The notes under the pieces were generated by a model. The model had not been told where the DNA came from, did no database searches, and was given only the letters and a program-made list of their open reading frames with translations. A program made the position numbers and the translations under genes. From a bacterium CG_4_9_14_3_um_filter_65_15 (GTDB taxonomy: Bacteria; Krumholzibacteriota; Krumholzibacteriia; LZORAL124-64-63), in NCBI GenBank assembly GCA_002790835.1, contig PFVX01000056.1, positions 24,508 through 88,507 of the forward strand: a stretch of 64,000 nt of DNA, written 5' to 3'. Below, piece by piece: positions 48,381 to 58,227 of this stretch. The first letter of the stretch is position 1. Each line of letters opens with the position of its first letter.

Positions 48381-49523
48381 TCAAGCTGACGTTGAGGCGG
48401 CTTCCTGTTCCAGGAACTGACCGACCAGGGCTCCGATGCGATGGGCGTCGGCAAAGGGAAGGGCCGCATGGATGGGAAGGGTCAAGACTTCCCGTCCCGC
48501 GCGCTCCGCCTCCGCCATGGACCCGCTGGTCCGACAATACACGGCAAGTTCATGATGATGCAAGGGGGGGTCGTAATAAACACCGGTGTCGATGCCTTCG
48601 CGATCCAGCAGCATGCGCAGGTCGTCGCGGTTGCGGCAGCGCACCCAGTACTGGTGGTAAGTGACCTTCATGCCCCGACCGCCGTTGGGGGTCTGCAGCC
48701 GGTTGGTCGCCGGGATATAGCCGTCGTAGATCTCGGCGACCTTGTCGCGGTCGGCCTGTTCGGCGGCGAAACGCTCGCGGCGGATGCGGATCACCATGGC
48801 CTGCACTTCGTCCAGTCGGCTGTTCCAACCGGTGTACAGGTGGCCGTTCATGCGCACGGGCAGGTGTCCCCTGATCCGGCGGATGAGTTCGGCGTCCTCG
48901 GCGCTGCGGCAGAAGATCATGCCGCCGTCCCCGATTCCCGGCAGGTTCTTGGTGGGATAGAAACTGAGGGTGCTCATGCGGGCGTACGATCCGATGGGCC
49001 GCCCGTCGTAGAACGTGCCCCAGGCCTGGGCCATGTCCGCGATGACCTGGATCCCGTGCTCGGCGGCCACCGCCATGATGGGGTCCATGTCGCAGGGCGC
49101 GCCGAAGATCGGGACCGGCAGGAAGGCCCGGGTCTTCGGCGTGATGGCGTCGGCCAGCAGCCCGGAATCCAGGTTCAGATCCTGGGGCTTGATGTCGACG
49201 AAGACCGGCACGGCATCCAGCAGGATGATCGCTTCCATGGTGGCGTCGAAGGTGTAGGGGGTGGTGATGACCTCGTCACCCGGGCGGACTCCGGCCACTG
49301 ACAGGGCGAGGAACAGGGCGGATGAGCCGGATGCCACACCGACCGCCGCCGGGACTCCACACTCTTCGGCGAGCTTCTCTTCCAGGAGCCGCACTTCCTC
49401 GCCGAGGATGTACTGACCGGACATCAGAAAGCGTTCGAAGCGTTGCAGGATCTCGTCCTTGCAGGGCAGCATGGGGGTGACGAGATCGTACCGCCCGATA
49501 CGTTTGGGCACGGAACTGCTCAT
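48381..49523 (-). CDS. DegT/DnrJ/EryC1/StrS-family PLP-dependent sugar aminotransferase (ArnB-like)
   Basis: ...LGEEVRLLEEKLAEECGV...GSSAL...FYPTKNL... includes the PLP-lysine context. SD GGAAGAG. Confidence 0.8.
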   Translation of the reverse strand: MSSSVPKRIGRYDLVTPMLPCKDEILQRFERFLMSGQYILGEEVRLLEEKLAEECGVPAAVGVASGSSALFLALSVAGVRPGDEVITTPYTFDATMEAIILLDAVPVFVDIKPQDLNLDSGLLADAITPKTRAFLPVPIFGAPCDMDPIMAVAAEHGIQVIADMAQAWGTFYDGRPIGSYARMSTLSFYPTKNLPGIGDGGMIFCRSAEDAELIRRIRGHLPVRMNGHLYTGWNSRLDEVQAMVIRIRRERFAAEQADRDKVAEIYDGYIPATNRLQTPNGGRGMKVTYHQYWVRCRNRDDLRMLLDREGIDTGVYYDPPLHHHELAVYCRTSGSMAEAERAGREVLTLPIHAALPFADAHRIGALVGQFLEQEAASTSA

Positions 49524-49566
49524 GGTTCTCTTCCAGTCTAGGAAGTCCGCCGCAGGGGCGGACTGG

Positions 49567-50892
49567 TCAGGATACTTCCGAAATGTGCGCAGCTCGGCCG
49601 AAGCAATCGTACTTGAATCCGAAACGCTCCAGGTGGGGACGATCATACACGTTCCGGCAGTCGAGAAAAGCATTTCCTGTCATGACCGATTTGACCCGGT
49701 CGAGGTCGAGTTGCCGGTACAGATTCCATTCCGTGGCCAGGATGGTGATTTCCGCCCCTTCGCACGCAGCGTACGGGGAGTCCGTGTAGACGAGGTCGGG
49801 ATGGAAAAACTTGAAGTTTTCCATGGCCGCAGGATCGTGGGCGCGGACGGTGCAACCGAGCTTCTTCAAGCCGTCGACCAGGGGCAGGGTGGCGCTGGAG
49901 CGGATGTCGTCGGTGTTGGGCTTGAAGGCCAGACCCAACATGGCCACGGTCTTGCCCTGGAGGCCGCCGGTCAACCGCTCCGCCTTGGCCAGAGCGCGCT
50001 CGGGCAACGCCGCGTTGACCGCGATGGCGGCGCGGACAACCGACATGTCGTGGTCGTGGCTGTTGGCGATGTGGACGATGGCGTTGGTGTCCTTGGGCAG
50101 ACAGCTCCCGCCGAAGCCCAGCCCCGCATGCAGGAATTTGGGGCCGATACGCTTGTCCAGACCCATGGCCTTGGCCACGTGGGATACGTCGGCCCCCACG
50201 GTCTCGGCCAGGGCGGCCATTTCGTTGATGAAGGAGATCTTGACGGCCAGGAAGCTGTTGGATGCGTACTTGATCAGCTCGGCGGTCTCGATGCCGGTCT
50301 TGACGATGGGCGTATCCAGGAGAAAGAGCGGTCGATAGAGTTCGCGCAGGAGCTCTTCGGCGTGGTCGCTCTCGACTCCGATGACGACCCGGTCGGGGCG
50401 CATGAAGTCCTCGATGCTGGACCCTTCGCGCAGGAACTCCGGATTGCTGGCCATGTCGAACGTCACGTCGTGCTTGATCTGCCCCTGGATGACCTTGCGG
50501 AGCTGGCGGTTGGTGCCCACCGGAACCGTACTCTTGGTGACGATGACCTTGTGGTCGTCGAGCAGGCTGCCGATCTCCTCGCCCACCTTCATCACGAACT
50601 GCAGATCGGCTTCGCCCGAGGGGGACATGGGGGTCTGCACGGCGATGAAGACCACGTCGGCGTCCTTCATGCCCTCGGCGAGCTCGGTGGTGAAGAACAG
50701 CAGTTGTCCGTCCACGTTTTTCAGCACCAGGCGATCCAGCCCCGGTTCGTAGAACGGGATGCCGCCCTTGCGCAGGCTTTCGATGCGCTCGGCGTTGATG
50801 TCCACACAGGTCACGGTGTGCCCGAAGTCGGCCATGCAAGCCCCTGAAACCAGGCCCACGTAGCCCGTTCCCACCATGCAGATGCGGATCAT
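49567..50892 (-). CDS. ugd: UDP-glucose 6-dehydrogenase (nucleotide-sugar dehydrogenase)
   Basis: MIRICMVGTGYVGLVSGACMA Rossmann motif and a catalytic Cys context GFGGSCLPKD. Length is 441 aa. The long 5' extension in the track is spurious. Confidence 0.85.
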   Translation of the reverse strand: MIRICMVGTGYVGLVSGACMADFGHTVTCVDINAERIESLRKGGIPFYEPGLDRLVLKNVDGQLLFFTTELAEGMKDADVVFIAVQTPMSPSGEADLQFVMKVGEEIGSLLDDHKVIVTKSTVPVGTNRQLRKVIQGQIKHDVTFDMASNPEFLREGSSIEDFMRPDRVVIGVESDHAEELLRELYRPLFLLDTPIVKTGIETAELIKYASNSFLAVKISFINEMAALAETVGADVSHVAKAMGLDKRIGPKFLHAGLGFGGSCLPKDTNAIVHIANSHDHDMSVVRAAIAVNAALPERALAKAERLTGGLQGKTVAMLGLAFKPNTDDIRSSATLPLVDGLKKLGCTVRAHDPAAMENFKFFHPDLVYTDSPYAACEGAEITILATEWNLYRQLDLDRVKSVMTGNAFLDCRNVYDRPHLERFGFKYDCFGRAAHISEVS

Positions 50893-51929
50893 GTCGTTTC
50901 CTTTCGCGCGAGGTTCAAGACGTCGGTCAAAGAGTCGTCGATGCTCCACTCGGGCTCCCAGCCCGTGCAGGAACGGATTTTGGTGTTGTCTCCCACCAGG
51001 ATGGGGACATCCGAGGGTCGCATGCGCGCCGCATCGGATTCCACTGTAATCGGACATTTGGCCTGGGCCAACAGGAGATCCAACCCCTGGCGGATGGTCA
51101 GGCCCTGGCCGGAGCACACATGGTACACCTCGCCGGGGGTTCCTTCCTTGATCAGGGCGCGGTAGGCGGTCACCACGTCCCGCACGTCCAGGAAGTCCCG
51201 GACCGCGTCCAGGTTGCCGACTTTCACCAGGGCCTGGCCGCTCCCGCGCTCGGCGGCGGCGATCTGCTGCGCGAAGGCGGGGAAGACGAAACGCGTGTCC
51301 TGGCCGGGACCGATGTGGCTGAAGGAGCGGGTCATGATCACGGGCAGATCGTAGGACCGGACGTACTGGCGGCCGAGCAGGGTCTGGGCGGCCTTGCTCA
51401 CCCCGTAGGGGGAGATGGGCTGGAGGGGCGTGTCTTCCCGCAGGGGATAGGCTTCGGCGGGTTGGGGCCCGTATTCCTCCGCCGAACCGATCATCAAGAC
51501 GGCCGGTCTGTCGCTGACCGGCATCCGGCGTATGGCTTCCAGGAGGTTCAGGGTGCCCAGGACGTTGGTCTGCAGGGTGGCGGCCGGCTCGCGAAAGGAG
51601 ACCGCCGCCGAGCTCTGGGCGGCCAGGTGGTAGACGGTGGCCGGTCGCAGGCGCTCCAGCACCGCGACCAAGCCGGCCGCATCGGCCAGGTCCATCTCGA
51701 TGTGGGCCACGTCGCCGTCGGGGGTGTGGAGGCAGACGGCGCCGGGAAAGCGGGGATCGTCCTCCTCGGTCCGGCCGCCGGCCAGGGGCGACGTCAGCCC
51801 CAGGCTGCACACGGGCAACCCTGCCCGTTGCAGGGAAGCGGTAAGGTGCCGGCCGACGAAGCCTCGGGCTCCGGTTACCAGGGTCCAGGGCAGGTGGGGG
51901 GAGGATGTGGGTTGGTTCACAGGCGTCAT
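50889..51929 (-). CDS. NAD-dependent nucleotide-sugar epimerase/dehydratase (SDR family)
   Basis: TGARGFVGRHL Rossmann motif and YGVSK (YxxxK). Stop/start overlaps with ugd and the CoA-binding gene (ATGA). Confidence 0.75.
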   Translation of the reverse strand: MTPVNQPTSSPHLPWTLVTGARGFVGRHLTASLQRAGLPVCSLGLTSPLAGGRTEEDDPRFPGAVCLHTPDGDVAHIEMDLADAAGLVAVLERLRPATVYHLAAQSSAAVSFREPAATLQTNVLGTLNLLEAIRRMPVSDRPAVLMIGSAEEYGPQPAEAYPLREDTPLQPISPYGVSKAAQTLLGRQYVRSYDLPVIMTRSFSHIGPGQDTRFVFPAFAQQIAAAERGSGQALVKVGNLDAVRDFLDVRDVVTAYRALIKEGTPGEVYHVCSGQGLTIRQGLDLLLAQAKCPITVESDAARMRPSDVPILVGDNTKIRSCTGWEPEWSIDDSLTDVLNLARKETT

Positions 51930-52360
51930 CCGTTCAGCAGCCGCAGCCATTCCTTGTACAGGCAACGGTCCATGACCACGTCCAGGCCCGCACGGACGGC
52001 CTTGGCCGCGGCCTCGGAGTGCATGACTCCCTCCTGCATCCAGATGACCTTGGCACCCGCGGCGATGGCATCGTCCACGATGGGGGGCACGGCCTCGCTG
52101 CGACGGAAGATATCCACCACGTCGATGGTGCCGGGAATATCCTGCAGCGTAGCATACAACGGGGCGCTCAGCACCGGTTCGGTCAGCACCGGGTTGACCC
52201 CCAGCACTTCCAGTCCGCGACCCTGCAGGAAGCGCGCAATGCCGCGGCTGGCGCGATCCTCCTTGGGAGAAATGCCGACCACCGCAACGCGCCGCATGGT
52301 CGACAGGATTTCCCTGACCCGCTCGTCCCCGGGATTCAGAACACCCTCAGTTTGACTCAT
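51926..52360 (-). CDS. CoA-binding domain protein (YccU-like)
   Basis: ...RVAVVGISPKEDRASRG...GLEVLGVNP... is the CoA_binding_2 pattern. Confidence 0.65.
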   Translation of the reverse strand: MSQTEGVLNPGDERVREILSTMRRVAVVGISPKEDRASRGIARFLQGRGLEVLGVNPVLTEPVLSAPLYATLQDIPGTIDVVDIFRRSEAVPPIVDDAIAAGAKVIWMQEGVMHSEAAAKAVRAGLDVVMDRCLYKEWLRLLNG

Positions 52361-52482
52361 GGTCCCACTTTCGCTGCAATGGTAACGCGAGGATCGATCG
52401 CGAAAATAGTCCAACTTGAGCTGGGGGTCAACCTGTCCGCTTTTGCCTCGAGACCGCAGCGGGTTCGATTTTTGCTTTCTTC

Positions 52483-52526
52483 AACCATGACCATGGTTTA
52501 GAATTAATGAATGACCATTCATTAAT
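52483..52526. promoter_or_regulatory. Two adjacent AT-rich palindromes sharing an ATG-AC-CAT core (candidate tandem operator) in the promoter/5'UTR of the Hdr-like gene
   Basis: AACCATG-ac-CATGGTT at 52483-52498 and ATTAATGAATG-ac-CATTCATTAAT at 52503-52526 (a perfect 11-bp inverted repeat). They lie about 55-100 nt upstream of the SD AAGGAG plus GTG start at 52582. Confidence 0.5.
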
Positions 52527-52581
52527 CCCGGGTACGGGGCAGTCGTTTGCCGCAATTCACGCCGGATTCGAAGGAGTAACC

Positions 52582-54591
52582 GTGAACCCCTGGTTGATGT
52601 CCCTGCTGCTCTACGTATTCCTGGCCATGTTCGCCGGGACCATCGCCGACCGTTATTGGATCCTTCGCGCCGGTGAGCCCGATATGCGTTGGGACAGGAT
52701 CGGGCTGCGGCTGCGCAACCTGCTGACCATCGGTTTCGGCCAGAAGCGCCTGCTGTATGAAAAGGCAGCGGGGCGCATGCACGTGGCGATTTTCTCGGGT
52801 TTCCTGGTTGCCCTCCTGAGAACGCTCACCCTCATCGGGCGAGGATATGACCCCCAATACCATCTCCCGTTCCTGGTCGGCCCGGTGGGCGTGGCCTACG
52901 CCTTCCTGAAGGACACGTTGACCCTGGTGGTCCTGGTGGCCGTGGGATACGCCGTCTACAGGCGTCTGGTCCTCAGGCCGCGGCGGTTGCACCTGAGCGC
53001 CGAAGCCGTGCTGATCCTGTTCTGGATTGCCACCCTGATGATCACCGACTTGATCGGGGATGCCGCCCTGTTCCGGCTGCAGCCGGACTTTCCCGAGCGC
53101 ACCGGCGCCTGGGTGGGGAACCTCCTGACGGGGATGTTTGCCGGGAGTGATCCGGCCACCGTCCGCGTGTGGTTCGAGATTATGTTCTGGGGTCATGTGA
53201 TCCTGGTGTTGGCCTTCCTGAACGTGTTGCCGTTCGGCAAGCACTTCCACGTCCTGACGGCCCTGCCTTCGGTGTTCATGGGGCGTTTGACCCCCAGCGC
53301 CGCCCTGGAGAGGATGGAGTTCGAGGGCCGTGAAACGTTCGGCGTGGGCAAGCTGGAGGATTTCAGTTGGCGGCGCATCCTGGACATGTATTCCTGCACC
53401 GAATGCGGTCGGTGCAACGATGCCTGCCCGGCCCACCTGACGGACAAGCCGCTGCGGCCGCGCGAAATCATCACCGATGCGCGCGATCAGGCCTATGAGC
53501 TTTCGGACCACCTCGTCGCCGTCGGCAAGCTCAAGGCCCAGGGCCGGGTCAAGGAGGCTGCCGAGCTGATCGCGGCGCAGGACCGGCCGGCCCTCGTCGG
53601 AGAAGTCAACAGCGAGGACGCCCTGTGGGCCTGCACCACCTGCGGTTGGTGCGTCAGCGCGTGCCCGGTGGTCATCGACCACATTCCCCACATCATCGAC
53701 CAGCGCCGCCATTTGACCATGATGGAAGCCAAGGTCCCGCCGGCCCTGCAGAACGCCCTGAAGGGCCTGGAGAACAACAGCAATCCCTGGAACGTGGGGG
53801 CGGCGGCGCGCGAGGACTGGATCGGGGACCAGCCGGTGCCGCTTTTGCGCGAGAAGGGGCGGGCCGAGTATCTGCTCTTCGTGGGGTGCGCGGGCAGCTT
53901 CGACAGCCGCAACCAGGACGTCATGCGGGCGCTGTGCACTCTCCTGGACAAGGCGCAGGTGGACTACGCCGTGCTGGGCACCGAGGAAGGCTGCTGCGGT
54001 GATCCCGCGCGGCGGGTGGGCCACGAGTACCTGTTCCAGATGCAGGCTCCGGTCAACGTCGAAACCTTCAAGAAGTACGAGGTGCGCAAGGTCGTCACCG
54101 CCTGCCCGCATTGCTTCAACACCATCGCCAACGAGTATCCCGATTTCGGGCTGCAGGACGTGGAGGTGATTCACCACGGTGAATTGTTGGCCGATCTGGT
54201 GGCCGAGGGGCGTCTCAAGGTGGGGGCCGCGGCCGCAGCCAAGGTGACCTACCACGACTCCTGTTATCTCGGGCGGCACAACGGGATCTACGAGGCGCCG
54301 CGCGAGGTTCTGTCCGCGGTCGGAGGCCTGGACCTGGTCGAGATGCCCCGCAACCGGCGCGCAGGCTTCTGCTGCGGCGCCGGCGGCGGCCGCATGTTCA
54401 TGGAGGAGGACCTGGGCACGCGCATCAATCACGCCCGCATCGCCGAGGCGGCCGCTACCGGGGCGTCGGAAGTCTGCACGGCCTGCCCGTTCTGCCTGAC
54501 CATGCTGGGCGACGCCATCAACGAAACCGATCGCTCCGAGAACCTGCGGGCCCGGGATATCGCCGAGGTCCTCCTCGAGAACCTGGAGTAG
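52582..54591 (+). CDS. Membrane-bound Fe-S oxidoreductase: NarI/DsrM-like polytopic cytochrome-b-type domain fused to HdrD/DsrK-like subunit (two 4Fe-4S motifs + two CCG domains)
   Basis: N-terminus with 5-6 TM helices. CTECGRCNDACP and CTTCGWCVSACP motifs. CCG domains FVGCAGS...CCGDP and DSCYLGRHNG...FCCGAGGG...CTACPFC. Confidence 0.75.
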   Translation: MNPWLMSLLLYVFLAMFAGTIADRYWILRAGEPDMRWDRIGLRLRNLLTIGFGQKRLLYEKAAGRMHVAIFSGFLVALLRTLTLIGRGYDPQYHLPFLVGPVGVAYAFLKDTLTLVVLVAVGYAVYRRLVLRPRRLHLSAEAVLILFWIATLMITDLIGDAALFRLQPDFPERTGAWVGNLLTGMFAGSDPATVRVWFEIMFWGHVILVLAFLNVLPFGKHFHVLTALPSVFMGRLTPSAALERMEFEGRETFGVGKLEDFSWRRILDMYSCTECGRCNDACPAHLTDKPLRPREIITDARDQAYELSDHLVAVGKLKAQGRVKEAAELIAAQDRPALVGEVNSEDALWACTTCGWCVSACPVVIDHIPHIIDQRRHLTMMEAKVPPALQNALKGLENNSNPWNVGAAAREDWIGDQPVPLLREKGRAEYLLFVGCAGSFDSRNQDVMRALCTLLDKAQVDYAVLGTEEGCCGDPARRVGHEYLFQMQAPVNVETFKKYEVRKVVTACPHCFNTIANEYPDFGLQDVEVIHHGELLADLVAEGRLKVGAAAAAKVTYHDSCYLGRHNGIYEAPREVLSAVGGLDLVEMPRNRRAGFCCGAGGGRMFMEEDLGTRINHARIAEAAATGASEVCTACPFCLTMLGDAINETDRSENLRARDIAEVLLENLE

Positions 54592-54599
54592 CGTTCGGT

Positions 54600-56957
54600 C
54601 TATTGCTTGCCGGCGCCCGTGCCCCCGATCGGGGTGCGGGTCATGCCCCAGACGGCATCCTCAAACATGGGGTCGCTCCCGTATTTTCGGAACAGGCCGA
54701 GGTCCTGGATGGCGAACCCTCGGTCTTTCGAGACACGGTAACTCGAGCTGGCGTCGCGGAACCAGCCGAAGAAGCCATGGGTATTGGGCGCCACGGGATC
54801 GGTACCCTCGGGATCGACGGAAAACGATCGCATGGTTTCGGTGGCCAGGGTTATGGCGTAGGGGTTGCCGCTGCCCCGGCCGCTGGCGATGGCCTCCTGA
54901 ACGACCTGCTGGGCCCGCTCCCTTTCTCCGAGTTCGCGATCGACATACAGGAGCATCAGCTCTTCCTCGGGGCTGAGGTCGACTCCCCAACCGGGCGCCA
55001 GCAGGCCTTGCGCTTCGGCCAACTGGCGGTGGTCGATCAAGGCCAGGGCCAGGACCGCCCGCGTCAGCGGATCCCGGTCGCGCATATAGCGATTCTGGAG
55101 GATCTCGATGCGACGTTCGGCCTCGGCGGTGTCCACGGCCAGGGAATCGGGCACCGTGAACATCTCGTCGATTTCGGCCTGGTAGCGCTCAAGCATCACT
55201 TCGGGGTTGGCTGCTTCGCCCAGCGGCGTGCCTTGGGCCACCATGGCCACCGTGGCCGAATCGACGCCGGTCTGGGCGGCGGCCTGCAGGATCAGACCGC
55301 GCAGTCGCTGGACCTCCCGGTTTTCCGAGTCCAGCGCCAGGGCTCTTTGCATGTCCGAGGTCGCGGGGCCAAGCCGGCCCGCCTGGAAGCGGAACAACCC
55401 CCGGTTGTACAACCCGGCCACATTCCAGGGATCCAGTTCCACGGCCCGGTCCATGGCTTCAAGCGCCCGTTCCTGGTGGCCAAGGCGGACGCTGGCCACC
55501 CCCAGGGAACGCCAGGCGATCGCGCTGGTGGAATCGGCCTCCACCGCCTCGGTGAGGACGGTCTCCGCCTCCGCAAATTGCTTGGACCGCAAGTTCATCA
55601 AGCCCAGAAGGAGATCGGTGATGGGATCGACCTGACCCAGGGCGGCAAAGGCGGTCCGTGCATGACCCAATTCCCTTTGGGCCGGACCAAAATCTTCGTT
55701 GATGTAGAAGATTCGGCCGCGCAGGGCCTGGCAGATGTCGGGCCGAAGGTTCCGTTGCTCAAGCAGGTCGAGTTGGTGCATGGCGCGCCCGGCGGCCTGG
55801 TCGCGTTGGGCGGGAAACAACCCTTCGGCCAGCAGGTTGATCTGCATCCCGACAAAAGTGAAAGGCGAGCCGCCGACGAAAAAGCGGGGCCCGTATGAGG
55901 TGTAGACGGGCATGTGAGCATCGGGCCAGCCCAGCACCTGGGGCGTGACGTTGTTGGCGCCGCTGGGAAAGGAGAACCGGTAGGGGTGGGTGATCATTCC
56001 CATGCTGTAATAAAGGGGCGCCTGAGAATCACCGGCGAGCTCGGCCACGAGCCCGGCGTCCTGCCAGAAACGGGAGCCGAAGGGAATCTGGGGCCGATGG
56101 GTGTAGGTGGACAGATCGCCGAATTTGGCGAGGGCGAGATTCGGCTTGCCGTCCGCCAGCAGGGCCATGGCCCGGATCCAATTGTTGGCGTAGGCTGAAG
56201 TCTGGTCCTTGAACCCGCGATACGTGAAATCGTGTTGCGGATACTTGATGGGGTCCATGCGCACGGCCAGGGAAATGGCGTCCTGGTAGCGGCCGGAATC
56301 GGCCAGGAGCAGGCCCTTGATCAGCTGCAGTTCCTGATCCCGGGGGTGGTCGGCGAGGCCCTTTTGGGCCTCTGCGAGGCCTTCGTCCCAGCGTGCCAGG
56401 TCGCGGAGGACCCAGGCGCGGTTGCGGCGGATATCCAGCAGGAGATTTTCGTCAACCTCTTGTCCATCCCCGGTCAGGGCATCGGCGGCCGCTCGGGCAT
56501 GGTCGAGGTATTGCAAAGCGCTGAGCTGGTCGCCGACTTCGGCGCTCAATTTGCCCATAGCCGCCCAGCCGGCGACATAGGTGGGGTCGATGGCGGTGGC
56601 CTCCCGCAAGTCCTGCAGGCCGTTGCCGACGCCGTACCCCCCCTGGCTCAAGAGTGGTGGGCCGTCGGGATGATACCATTGCCGCAACTGGGCGTCGGAA
56701 CTTTCCCGGACTTCCCGTTCGAAGTCTCGCCAGCCGTCGGCTTTTTCCAGGGCTTGCCGTCTCAGGGAATCCCGGCGAGCCGGCCTTGCGGCCAGATGGT
56801 CCGCGAGCGATGGCTGGAATGCATCGGCTTCCGCCCGCACATCCTGGAGCGGCGGGTTATCGGCCGGCGCAGGCGACGGGGCCGAGGCGCAACCAATGGA
56901 CTGGCAAACGGCACCGACGAGCAGCAAAGCTGCCAATGACTTCAAATGATAAACCAT
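54600..56957 (-). CDS. Large TPR-repeat protein with signal peptide (probable lipoprotein)
   Basis: N-terminal LAALLLVGAVCQSIGCAS. Many TPR-like helices across 785 aa. Confidence 0.6.
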   Translation of the reverse strand: MVYHLKSLAALLLVGAVCQSIGCASAPSPAPADNPPLQDVRAEADAFQPSLADHLAARPARRDSLRRQALEKADGWRDFEREVRESSDAQLRQWYHPDGPPLLSQGGYGVGNGLQDLREATAIDPTYVAGWAAMGKLSAEVGDQLSALQYLDHARAAADALTGDGQEVDENLLLDIRRNRAWVLRDLARWDEGLAEAQKGLADHPRDQELQLIKGLLLADSGRYQDAISLAVRMDPIKYPQHDFTYRGFKDQTSAYANNWIRAMALLADGKPNLALAKFGDLSTYTHRPQIPFGSRFWQDAGLVAELAGDSQAPLYYSMGMITHPYRFSFPSGANNVTPQVLGWPDAHMPVYTSYGPRFFVGGSPFTFVGMQINLLAEGLFPAQRDQAAGRAMHQLDLLEQRNLRPDICQALRGRIFYINEDFGPAQRELGHARTAFAALGQVDPITDLLLGLMNLRSKQFAEAETVLTEAVEADSTSAIAWRSLGVASVRLGHQERALEAMDRAVELDPWNVAGLYNRGLFRFQAGRLGPATSDMQRALALDSENREVQRLRGLILQAAAQTGVDSATVAMVAQGTPLGEAANPEVMLERYQAEIDEMFTVPDSLAVDTAEAERRIEILQNRYMRDRDPLTRAVLALALIDHRQLAEAQGLLAPGWGVDLSPEEELMLLYVDRELGERERAQQVVQEAIASGRGSGNPYAITLATETMRSFSVDPEGTDPVAPNTHGFFGWFRDASSSYRVSKDRGFAIQDLGLFRKYGSDPMFEDAVWGMTRTPIGGTGAGKQ

Positions 56958-57179
56958 GATGGGATCCTTGTCTGGCGAACAAGATTTCCGCTGCGATATT
57001 CCAAACTCCCCGTTTGAGATTACGGGAAGGAAATTGACCTGTCAATTCCCCCGGCCACCGCGACCCTTGCCATCATTGACCGTTTCTGTTATGCATTTTC
57101 CCCCTTGCAGGGCCGCTGAGGGCGGTTCATGCTCCAAATACTCAAGGAAATCATCGCAGGGATTTGCGGGGAGGATATC

Positions 57180-58223
57180 ATGAACGCCTACGAGCCGGTG
57201 CGCTCCACCGAACGCCTGGACCGGATCTGGAAGAGCGGTAAGGAATTCCTGGGCAGCGAACTGCCCGTCATGTGCGGCGCGATGACGTGGGTCAGCGACC
57301 CCCAGCTGGTCGCGCGCATGAGCAACCTGGGCGCTTTCGGGGTCCTGGCCGCGGGCAACATGCCCCCGGAGATGTGGGCCGACTATGTGGATGAGACCCG
57401 CAAGCTCACCGACCGCCCCTTTGCCGGCAACTGCATCACCATCGCGCCCAACTACCGGGCCCACCTGGACATCCTGTGTGAGAAGAGTGTGGGGCACATC
57501 GTGTTCGCGGGCTCGATCCCGCGCGCCCAGGAAGTGAAGCAGGCCAAGGACAGCGGGGCCAAGGTGCTGTGCTTCGCCTCTACCCAGTCCATTGCCAAGC
57601 GCATGCTGGACTACGGCGCCGATGCGCTCATCCTCGAGGGCAGCGAGGCCGGGGGCCACATCGGCCATGTCTCCACTACCGTCCTGCTCCAGGAGATCCT
57701 GTTCAATTTCGACCGGATTCCCGTGTTCGTGGCCGGGGGCATCGCCACCGGCAAGATGATCGCCCACCTGGTCATGATGGGGGCCGCCGGAGCCCAGATG
57801 GGCACGCGCTTCGTCATGGCCGAGGAGTGCAACGTCCACGAGAAATTCAAGAACGTGTTCAAGCGGTCGCGGGCCCGCGAGGCCATCTCCACGCCCCAGT
57901 ACAGCGTCAAGCTGCCGGTGGTGTCGGTGCGCGCCCTGAACAACCACGCCATGTCCCATTTCGGCGATCTGCAGCTGGAGCTGCTGGAGATGCTGCGCAA
58001 GGGTGAGATCAACCGCCAGGAGGCCCAGTTCAAGGTCGAGGAGTACTGGATCGGGTCGCTGCGCAAGGCGACCGTCGACGGCGACATCGAGCACGGCTCT
58101 CTCATGGCCGGGCAGTCGGTGGGGTTGTTGCGGAAGGTTCAGCCCCTGCGGGAAATCCTCGAAGAGTTGGTCGCCGAAGCCGATGCGGCCGTGGGCGACG
58201 TCGTCGCCCGGCTGAAAGGCTGA
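57180..58223 (+). CDS. NAD(P)H-dependent flavin oxidoreductase, nitronate monooxygenase (NMO/FabK-like) family
   Basis: TIM-barrel FMN motifs ...VMCGAMTWVS...EGSEAGGHIG...VAGGIATG... Confidence 0.7.
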   Translation: MNAYEPVRSTERLDRIWKSGKEFLGSELPVMCGAMTWVSDPQLVARMSNLGAFGVLAAGNMPPEMWADYVDETRKLTDRPFAGNCITIAPNYRAHLDILCEKSVGHIVFAGSIPRAQEVKQAKDSGAKVLCFASTQSIAKRMLDYGADALILEGSEAGGHIGHVSTTVLLQEILFNFDRIPVFVAGGIATGKMIAHLVMMGAAGAQMGTRFVMAEECNVHEKFKNVFKRSRAREAISTPQYSVKLPVVSVRALNNHAMSHFGDLQLELLEMLRKGEINRQEAQFKVEEYWIGSLRKATVDGDIEHGSLMAGQSVGLLRKVQPLREILEELVAEADAAVGDVVARLKG

Positions 58224-58227
58224 CGGT

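Noticed and set aside
52507-52581. ATG at 52507 as the start of the Hdr-like gene (as in the ORF track)
   Set aside because: It lies inside the AT-rich palindrome and has no SD. The GTG at 52582 has a perfect AAGGAG SD and precedes the first TM helix.
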